A stretch of 63,757 nucleotides of DNA, filler included, from Neophaeotheca triangularis (Eukaryota), in NCBI GenBank assembly GCA_054600435.1. It is 5 parts of 5 records of this genome, joined end to end, with 100 filler letters (N's around TTAATTAATTAA, not from the genome) between each part and the next. Parts side by side here need not be neighbours in the genome. Positions count along the whole stretch, not along the records: positions 19,143 to 38,069 come from BAAIJX010000116.1; 4 more parts are not named here. One strand, written 5' to 3'. The notes under the pieces were generated by a model. It did no database searches, had not been told where the DNA came from, and saw nothing but the letters and a program-made list of their open reading frames with translations. This document shows positions 22,443 through 31,210 of this stretch, one piece after another. Every line of letters starts with the position of its first letter. Within the stretch, counting starts at the first letter, position 1. Both the position numbers and the translations under genes were made by a program.

Positions 22443-22702
22443 TTATGCTCCTAGCCCCCGCTACCTTAGCGTCCTCTGATAGCTGAATTCGATGCTTCAC
22501 TTCTATTCCTCTTCACTCTCGTTCACACAACTCTCGTTCCTTAGCTACAACTTTATGCTCCTAGCCCCCCTCGACTCCTAATGCCCTTTATTGGCTGAAT
22601 TCGAAGCTTCACTCTCATTCCCTTCATTTTCATCCCTAGCCCCTTCGACTACCCGACCTTTGTTAGCTGAATTCGAAGCTTCACTTTCTTCCGCTTCACT
22701 TT
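22443..22702 (+). repeat. Three imperfect tandem repeats with cores CCTAGCCCC and GCTGAATTCGAWGCTTCACT
   Basis: Second core starts at about 22482, 22594 and 22666, each preceded by CCTAGCCCC; TTATGCTCCTAGCCCCC is shared by copies 1 and 2. Confidence 0.9.
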
Positions 22703-22916
22703 CCGATACTTCCAGCCTTCAATAATAACAAGAGAACCCTATTGACGAAGGGACTTGGCAAAAGTGCGCGGCAGACGCTACTTAAAACGATTCCCCTTCG
22801 CTCGAACACTCTCGTCCTTTCTTACCACTCACCACATCACATCATACCATCTCATACCACATCTTCATCCAACACTTCAACACCTATACCAACAACCCAA
22901 CAACCCAATAACAAAC

Positions 22917-24119
22917 ATGTCTCACTCCACAGTCCAAGACACCGTCTACCCAGGCTTTAGGGGCGAGCTCATCGGAAGAAACCTCGAAGTCGCCAAGGCA
23001 ACCGCCAAATACGTTCCATACGATCTCGTCGCCAACACGGGCTATGAGGATCCTCTACCCGTGGCTACCTGGACCATCACCATCGACCCCAACAACAAAG
23101 ACATCACCCACAAGACCCTCCCAAAGGCCGAATGGGTCGACAACCTCGCCAAATACTCAAAGCTCTTCGAGGAGGCCGCCAAACCAAACTTCAAAATCGC
23201 CAAGACGTACGTCATCCACGGCGACTTGGACGACTGCGAGATCGAGAGCCTCAAGTACACTCTCACCCTCAGGCGCAGCGAGCCAATCCCCTACTCGGCG
23301 GAGTGGTACGCACGCAACGAGATCGCGGCGGGCATCCCGGTTCGCAAGCGCATCAACCCGGGCGACCTCAAGGGCACTCCTGGTCTCGAACATTCCATCT
23401 GGTCCGACAAGAACTACGTCGCCACTCAGCAGAGGATCAAGAAGAAGGCTCTTGAGAACCCGACTCCCGCTGTCAATAAGCCGACCCCTACTGCCAACAC
23501 TTCGGCCACTCGTAAGGCCTCGCCTGGTGCGCAGAAGAAGGTCTCACCCTTTGCGCAGGTGTTTTCCTCCGCTGCTGGAAAGGGCACCACTACTCCCAAG
23601 AAGGTCACCGCCACTCCCAACAAAGTCACGCCCATTACGCAGAAGGTCGCCACCTCTCCCAAGGCCAGCGTCACTCCTCAGAAGGTCAAGCCCACCGCCC
23701 AGAAGGTCGCCACCCCATCCAAGGCCAGCGTCACTCCCCAGAAGGCCGCTACCTCCAACAAGAAGGCCACTACTCCTCGCAAGAGGTCTCCTCCCACCAA
23801 GAAGGCCAGCCCGACCAACCAGAAAGTCATTCCCACCCAGAAAGTCGCCGCCGCCCAGATCGCCGTGCCCAAAACCCGGCGCGTCCGCCAAGTCATCCCC
23901 GCCCACACCGACCCCGACACCATCCCTACCTACAACACCACACCCTTTCTCAGCGGCTCCGGAACCACCAAGTCCGACTGCAACTCCGAAGTTGCCGGCA
24001 CCACTGCCGCGTCTCTTCCCGTCGTCGCTGACGAGAAGGACGGCACCGTCACGAGCTTCCGCAAGAAGGGCAAGAGGGTCTCTTACAATGTTGTGCACAT
24101 CATTGGTGGCGAGGAGTAG
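22917..24119 (+). CDS. Orphan protein with K/T/P/A-rich, histone-H1-tail-like repeat region
   Basis: 400-aa ORF with strong C/G-ending codon bias; roughly 7-aa repeats (TPKKVTA, TPQKVKP, TAQKVAT); 60-nt internal duplication at about 23640/23700. Confidence 0.75.
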   Translation: MSHSTVQDTVYPGFRGELIGRNLEVAKATAKYVPYDLVANTGYEDPLPVATWTITIDPNNKDITHKTLPKAEWVDNLAKYSKLFEEAAKPNFKIAKTYVIHGDLDDCEIESLKYTLTLRRSEPIPYSAEWYARNEIAAGIPVRKRINPGDLKGTPGLEHSIWSDKNYVATQQRIKKKALENPTPAVNKPTPTANTSATRKASPGAQKKVSPFAQVFSSAAGKGTTTPKKVTATPNKVTPITQKVATSPKASVTPQKVKPTAQKVATPSKASVTPQKAATSNKKATTPRKRSPPTKKASPTNQKVIPTQKVAAAQIAVPKTRRVRQVIPAHTDPDTIPTYNTTPFLSGSGTTKSDCNSEVAGTTAASLPVVADEKDGTVTSFRKKGKRVSYNVVHIIGGEE

Positions 24120-25024
24120 GGAGCGCAAGTCTGCGAGTGAGAGGAGTGGAAGGGAGAGGCTTTGTGAGATGCGAGATGCGAGATGCATAGCAGCGGGTTG
24201 CAAATTTCTTCTTTCAGTGCGGTCTAGGTGAGGGTGGGATCGTGCAATGGCTTATTTTTTTTTTTTTTAAGATCAAATAGGGACGGAAGATTTCCATGGC
24301 GTTCTTGCGAGATCAAGTATGGGTGGGAGGTTTCAATGGAGTGGTAGGGTCGAGGCCTTTTAACGATTGTGTTTGCTAGTCTCTTCTGTAGCATGTATTT
24401 TGGAATGGAAGTTCTTCACGACATCTACCGTATCTCTCTCTTACTTGTACCAAAAGCACGATCAGGCTGTAGTAGACTCGGTCAACAGGTGTAGTAGTCT
24501 CGAGGGCGCTGTATCATTCGCCAAACCCGGATGCCGATATCGCTGCGTCTAGCCGAGGGACGGATGGAAGTGGATATCCGTTGCTTGAACTTCACCTCAC
24601 CTCGAGCAATACTCTTCTCTATTTACCATCGATAGTTAACCAGTACTCACATGCAATGTCCACCGTCCCCCAGCTGACTGTGAGGCTTATCGCCGAAACG
24701 CATGCCCATTGCAAACGCACCTTACAGAACGACTGCTTCGTTTGCCAGGCCAGGTAGCCTGCTGGGCTTGCGGTCGTTTGGCTGCCGGGAGTGATAGCAA
24801 GACTTGTTGAAAGAGAAAGTGGTCGGACTTTCGTGGTGTACGGCTGGCATACTGGCAAGCTCGCCGGTGGAGGAGATGCTTAGCATCGAATTAGGAGCAG
24901 TGATGGAAACGGTGGTTTGGCGAGAGGGCATAGAGGGTTGCAGAAAGATATCGAATCGTCTCAAATGCTACCAAGGGCAACACACTTCTACTCACGCAGC
25001 TACCTCCTCCTCCTCCTCCTCCTG

Positions 25025-25553
25025 CTACTCACGCTTCATCTTCTTCCACACCTTCCCAACCCCAAGCGCAGCGCTATCTCCCGGCCATTGCAGCCCGACC
25101 GCGGCCCAACTCACCTTCTCGCCACCATCCCTCCCCGGCAGGACATTGCCCACCTTCGTCACCCCCATTCTCCTCCTCCACCCATTCACCCTCTTCGAGA
25201 CTCTCTCCAAATCCATCCCCGTTGCCCACGTGGGGCTTCCTGGCTCTTCGGCTGCGAGCCTCTCTTGCACCGCGCCCTCGACCAACGAGCGTAAGGCGCG
25301 CAGCTCCGGGACATACTTCGAGAGCTTGTGAAGCTAGACGAGAGCGGTGTGGGAGAGAGGAGCGTCGGCGCGACGGCAACTTTCTGGCAGGATCTGTTCG
25401 GCTTCGAGGCCGAAATGGTTGGTGAGGCGGCGGCGGTATCGCTTTGACAGCTTGCGAGAATTTGCGGAGAGGTTCGAAATTGCCTGCTGGGTCACTGGTC
25501 AGTACAATCGTGTCGTATTGGTTGCTGTGTGCTGTGATGGTACGTACCTCCAT
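25025..25553 (-). pseudogene. Orphan-family paralogue A with an in-frame TAG
   Basis: ATG GAG, intron 25484-25547 (GTACGT...TACTGAC...CAG), then AISNLSANSRKLSKRYRRRLTNHFGLEAEQILPESCRR...; TAG at 25334-25336; aligns with the gene at 26583. Confidence 0.7.
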
Positions 25554-26582
25554 CCTCGATGACGTGCGTTAGGGAAAGGAGAAGGCAGAAGGGAGAAGGC
25601 AGGCTCGCAACGTCTGAGAGGTGCGAGCTTTTGCGGTAGGTCGAGTGAACAGCGAGGTGGTGTTGCCGTCAAGTGAAGTATCTCAGCGAATGAGCCCCCT
25701 ACCTTTTATACAGGTAGATTGGACCTCGACTAGGAGGACCTACCTTTTGGAAAATCTTTACGCTTGTGCATCTCGTGATTCGTGCTGTCGAGTTGCGTCA
25801 TGTCACCGCGCCGAATCTCTCCCTGGGGAAGTGATCCGTTTTATCGCGCGTTAATCGCTAAAACCGGATAAAGATACGAGCAGTGGCCAGGCACTACGGA
25901 GACAATCAAAACAATCCATTCACCTCTCCACTTGCGTTGCTGGCAGTTGCTGTAATTTTCTCAAGGCTGTTCGAGTTCACTGGCGCGCGCGGATTGAACC
26001 AACGACCCTTCACTAGGGCCCGCTCAAAAAGGCAAAAAGAAAGTTACGCTTCCAGCGATGCGAGCCATAGAGCCATAACAGCGCTAACCAAGTCAGCCAT
26101 TGGGCTATGCTTGGTTTCGAAGAGTCGGCTAAAGTGGCCATTGAGCCGTGATTAGTCGATCTTTGTTTGGAGAGGCATGCATTTTTCTTGCAACATGAAA
26201 TATCTACACTCGATCCTCATACGGCCAGTTTCACTCGGCACTGCACTGGTCCACAACATTAGTTAGGCCATATGCACGATGGGGCCATAAAAGGTTCCGG
26301 GCAGCGACGTTCGTTATTCCCTTTACTGCTCAGAGTATGCTGGTAGGAGAAGCTTTACTATTCAACCTCTACTTGGTGTATCTTGTGGGTCAAACGCATA
26401 CGCTCAACACTTTTCCACGCTTCATTTCACTGGAACTCACTTTCACTTCGCAACACCTCGTGAACAAGCTCGCCCAGAGTGCTGCCTTAGAGCCTGCAAT
26501 GGCTAGGCTTCTACCTTCTCGACTTCCTCTTCTTCTCTCTTCTTCTCTACAACAACATCAACAACAACAACAACAAGCAAAG

Positions 26583-27214
26583 ATGGCGGTTCGCCCCAAC
26601 CCCCCCTATAAAAGCTCCTTAAAGTCCAAACTAACACCAACAAGACCCTAATACCATCCAAGAAAACCCAAAAAGTCCTGCGAAAAGCCGCCAAACACTT
26701 CGCGGAAACCTACAACCGCACACCCGAGGAGATGCTGCCCGCGCACTGCCGGCCCCCGGGAAACCAGCTCTCCCCTAAAGCCGCCCTCTGCCTGTACAAA
26801 CTCTCGCGCTACATGCCAGAGCTCGCTTGCCTGCAATCGCTAGTGGCAGGCGAGGTGGAGGATCGTCGTGCCCGGGAGCCTGATGGGTCCTGGGATTTTG
26901 TCACTTCGAAGGATTTGAGGGCGGTTTTGGAGAGGGTTGTTGGGTTTGCTAGGAAGAAGAAGGCAGCGGGAGAGAAGGCCAAAACCGCTCGGGATGCTGG
27001 GGGCGAGGGTGCGGTGGGCGATGAGGAGGCGATCCCGGCGCAGTACTCTGGTTTGAATTTGGAGGCGCTGTTTGAGGATGCGGAGAACGGGATGTGGGAC
27101 GAGGGCGAGGGCGAGGGAGAGGGAGGAGCGGAGGGCGAGAGGAGTGCTGGTGCTGCTGGGAGCGTGTCGCGTGATGTTGCTGGTCGGATTGTCGATGAGG
27201 AGTATGATGATTAG
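26583..27214 (+). CDS. Orphan-family paralogue B (apparent 1-nt indel near 26610) with acidic tail
   Basis: Long frame KLLKVQ...EEMLPAHCRPP...LYKLSRYMPEL...DLRAVLERV...EEYDD. ATG 26583 joins it if one A is added in TATAAAAG; the first in-frame ATG otherwise is 26732. Confidence 0.7.
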
Positions 27215-27704
27215 GGGCAGGGATCGTGAGCGGGGGGGGTGGTATGGGGGGGGAGATAGATACGGTCGGACCTCTGGCTTCTCAGCGAGGGGATGCTGTG
27301 GATATGCTGTCTTTTTGACGTTTCTTTGTTTCGCTGAGTCGAGGTTTCAATGCTGTGGTTTTGGTAGGCGGGTTATCGTGTGGCTTTAAGGGTACTGCGA
27401 AGCTTGGTATCAGCATGAGTAGGTTCACTTTTGCATAACTCTGGCCTGGCATCACTGCGGAAACGATTTGCCGCCGTATGGACCTGGTTGAATCAAGCCT
27501 GGATTGAACGCCTTTTAGCACTCATGCGATATATGGGGTGAAGCGTCACATTGCCGGAGTTCAGCTCGCCCTCCGGTTTCCTGACCTCCACCTTAGGAGC
27601 ACAGCAATCAGCAGATCCTCCAACCCCTTCCGCGGCAATTGGTAGCCCCTTCAATTACAACCTCGTCCTTACTTCCCACCGAAACCCTCCCTCCCTACCT
27701 GCCC

Positions 27705-28992
27705 CTACGCCGCCCCCTCTAACCTTCCTACCTCCCCCCTGACCCTCTCTACCTCCCGTCTAACCTCCCTAACTTCCTCTGCAACCCCCTTTAACCCCCC
27801 TACCCCCCTTAAGGCCCCTAGCCTCCCCTCACTTTCCCTAATTTCTGCCCTTAACCCCCTTAAGCCACTCTCCAGCTCCTTGACTTCCGCATCCAAAGCT
27901 CCCCGCACCTCTTCCGTACTTAAAACCGCTTCCGTCTGTCTCTCTTGCAACGCGAGTTTCTTGTTAAGACCTTCGGCCACATGGGCTAGAGAAGTGGAGT
28001 GGGCTTTTAGCGCTCGTGAGGTTGCGCCGTGGATATTTTGCTCTAGGGTGCGGATTGCTAGCGTTGTGAGGTGGGTTTGCGGGGTTTGCAGGGAGGGGGC
28101 TGCTGTGGGGGAGGGTTTAGGGGTTTGGGTGGGTCTGAGAGTTTGGGGTGAAGGGCTGAACGGGTCGCTAAGGTGGAGGCAGAGGGTGTGGAGGGTTTGG
28201 GAAAGGTGGAGTAGGGTGGTTTGGAGGGCTTGGAGGTCCTGGGGCAGGGTTTGCAGTGTCGGTGTCGCGGTAGGGTGGAGTTTTGAGTGAGTAGTGGTGG
28301 TGGCGGTCGGGAGTGCGGCGAGCTGGCAGAGTAGGGAGGCGTCTTCTTCATAATTTTGCGCGAGTAGTGATGCTATGGGTTGTACGTTTTCCTGTTGTTC
28401 TAGTTAGCAAGACTGGTCTCTATGCCGAACCACCCTCTTCTCGAGCCTTGCCACTTACCACGAATCCTCGAACATCCTCTTCAACGACCTCCCAATCCTC
28501 TGCGCAAATCTCGCGTTCAAGCAAAGCAACGGTCACCGCAACGCTCTGCTGAAGCTGCCAGATGCAGTGGCATGGTTAGCTCAGATATGTAAGCTGTGGG
28601 AAAGCCGCGAATCCCTCAACGCCGATATCCAAATCCTACGAACCTCTTCAGATAGCTCAAACCCTCCGTTCGCGACATTCCTCAATCCAGCCCGTAAGAA
28701 AGCTCTCTTCGCCTCCACCGTTCGAGCTTGACGGAGGTCCTACTTTTCGTTAGCGGGGGGGTTCAGATTAAGCAGGGAATCCTGAGACGGCGCAGCGTAG
28801 TGAGAACGCAGAAACATTCGAGAATATTCAGGGTTGATCACTTACTTCAACAACGCTATCCCGCTCTTTTTGCGTTTTGGAGTCAAGTCTCGAAGTCCCG
28901 TTGGAATTGAGTTTGGTGGTTGTGAGGTCGCGGTAGAGGGTTTCAAATTCGGGGTTTTGGGCTAGGACGGCGGGGTCGATGGGCGGGAGCAT
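27705..28992 (-). CDS. HAUS augmin-like complex subunit 4-like coiled-coil protein (4 exons)
   Basis: Exons 28846-28992, 28644-28739, 28459-28554 and 27705-28391 splice in frame: MLPPIDPAVLAQNPEFETLYRDLTT...RTLEQNIHGATSRA...LAHVAEGLNKKL...VERVRGEVGRLE. Only the C-terminal part appears in the ORF track. Confidence 0.75.
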
Positions 28993-29355
28993 GGTATTCG
29001 TTTGATGCGAAGTCGTGTGTATTTATCAATGTTGAATTTGTTATCTTAATTGGCGTGTAACGTGTAAAGACACGATTAGGATAGGCTGAGTAGAGTGAAG
29101 TGAGGTTTCGAACTTTTGTGGGGGCTAGAGGCTGAAAGCTTTAGCTTATTTGGTATGTAAAAAGGAGATTGTAACGTTGTGATGTATAGTTTGGTACATC
29201 TTCCAATATATCGTCTCGATTATAGTGCGCTGTTCGTGACTACATCTGATGTCTAATATAACCGGCTCTATGGCCATCTAATCGTTCACTTCATCTCTAC
29301 CGCCTAACTCCTCGCTAAGCCAACACACGTCACCACAACTTCTAGACAATCTTCT

Positions 29356-30609
29356 CTACTCTACAAAAGCAGTGTGCATCAACAGCCCATCCTTGCTGTC
29401 CAACTCAATCTCTACGCCGTGCGAGACGAAGAAGACCTTTCCTTCAGTCAAATCGTACGACGTGCCGTTGCACTTCATACTCGCGCCGCCCTTAGTAGCG
29501 AGCAGAATGCTAGGTCCGCCGGCCGCCTTTAGCGTCTCCTTCTCTCCAGCTTGTAGAGTCGTCTGCAGCATGTCGAACTCGCTGAGAGCGGGCATGTAGC
29601 GCGTCGTCTTGCCGTTCGTGCTGTTTTGGTAGGGCTTTGTCGGCAACATGCAATCCTTGGGATTGTGGGGGTTGAATGATAGCGTCGAGGTGAAAAGGTC
29701 AACGTTGTTCCTGTCGGGCCGCGGACAAAATCCCGTGTTAAGTACATTGTTTGACCGAGCCATGCACTCGATGATGTCGCCGGATAGGTAGGCGTGAATG
29801 CCATCGGCGGGAATGTAGAGGCCCTCGCCGGCCTTGAGAGTGAGGTAGTTCATGCAGACCAGCGCGACGAGGATGCCGTTGTCAGTCTCATCGTATTGCT
29901 CGACTAGTCTGGGAATGAGTTTCGGGATGTAGGTGTCCGGTCCAAACTTATCGGCGGAAATGGATCCGAGGTTCTTGACGGCTTCTTTTGTTTGCTTCTC
30001 GTCCGCGAGCAGCATTTGACGGGTGACTTCTTTCAGTTGCTGGTCGTCAAAGGGCTTTTGGCTGTTGGGCAAGAATTGCTTCAGTGGCTCGAGTTCTATG
30101 AGCTTTGCGACCTGCTCGAGGGGCTTGAAGCCAACGAAAGCTTCAAAATCGCCGAGTGCCAGTGCAATCTCAGGCTTGTGGTTCGGGTCGGTGAAGGCGC
30201 TCGGCCTCTCCTGGTGGAGTTTGCTGGACAGCTCAGTGTTGGGGTGGACTTGGAGAGGAAGTGCCTTGGCGATGGACAGCACTTTGGGCAAGTAAGGTAG
30301 CTTGGAGTGGCCGAACTTGGCAATAACCTTCTCGCCTATTGTCTCCTTGGGATAGTTGTCGAGGACTTCTTGCAAGTCTTGTCCGGTGGCTTTGACGTAT
30401 GAGGGCAAAACAGGGTATGTGCCCATCCACATCTCGGCATAGGGTGTGTTCTCATCGATCTTGAACTTCTTGTCCTGGGGCCCCTTGCCATCCCATCCTC
30501 CAGACTTCTCACACAGGCGTGCGGAGATTGAATTGGAGCCCTTCATCCCCCATGGGTACTGGTTGCAGCTACATTGGAGCTCGTATGCTGGTTCGGGTCC
30601 TGCTGCCAT
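29356..30609 (-). CDS. Mannose-6-phosphate isomerase, type I
   Basis: YAEMWMGT, KVLSIAKALPLQVHP, DPNHKPEIALAL and IHAYLSGDIIECMARSNN zinc-ligand motifs; likely start MAAGPEP. Confidence 0.95.
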   Translation of the reverse strand: MAAGPEPAYELQCSCNQYPWGMKGSNSISARLCEKSGGWDGKGPQDKKFKIDENTPYAEMWMGTYPVLPSYVKATGQDLQEVLDNYPKETIGEKVIAKFGHSKLPYLPKVLSIAKALPLQVHPNTELSSKLHQERPSAFTDPNHKPEIALALGDFEAFVGFKPLEQVAKLIELEPLKQFLPNSQKPFDDQQLKEVTRQMLLADEKQTKEAVKNLGSISADKFGPDTYIPKLIPRLVEQYDETDNGILVALVCMNYLTLKAGEGLYIPADGIHAYLSGDIIECMARSNNVLNTGFCPRPDRNNVDLFTSTLSFNPHNPKDCMLPTKPYQNSTNGKTTRYMPALSEFDMLQTTLQAGEKETLKAAGGPSILLATKGGASMKCNGTSYDLTEGKVFFVSHGVEIELDSKDGLLMHTAFVE

Positions 30610-31210
30610 TTTGATGCTGTTTTCGAGGAGTAGTGAGCTAGGTTTTGGGTATCTTGCTATTACGATTGAAAGAGGGATTTGTGAGGAGTACAGTGATTTG
30701 AAGAGAGGGAGAAAGAAGAGGCAGACCGACAGACAACTTGTACCCAGAGTAAAGCAATCGAATCCACATTGCATCACATCCTAGATGACCGAGCATGACG
30801 TCGAAGCGAAGGGTCTGCCACCACGGGCTTGGGGGATGTTTGGCCTGCCTTCGCATCTCTACTCACTCTGTTTTGAATGTGTATGCTTGTCGTCCACCGG
30901 ATGCTACAGGGTGAGGCTACTGCTGCTTCCGACCACGCAATGTTCATTGTTTAAAGCGTTGCTGAGGGTTTGCACGGAGACAGAGGGGAAGTTGAAGACA
31001 CCAATAGAGAACACATTCACGTTCTTGCCGCCAAGAGTTCAAACCATATCTTATCATCTTATCGCTTATCGCAGATTCCCTTGTGAATTTTACGCAGTGA
31101 GTGTGTGTGGATGAGGATATATTGTCTGATTATTTTTTCAAGTCAAGACTATCACGGTGGCGTCCACTCTTCCATTCCGATTCAAGGCCGGCGGTACAGG
31201 AGCCGGAAAC

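Noticed and set aside
22443..22702. Repeat array as a CRISPR array
   Set aside because: Eukaryotic context, only three units, linkers are related and unequal in length, and there are no cas genes.
28930..28970. Another apparent CCTAGCCC...GAATTTGAAAC motif copy on the minus strand
   Set aside because: It lies within exon 1 of the HAUS4-like gene (VLAQNPEFET) and is explained by coding.
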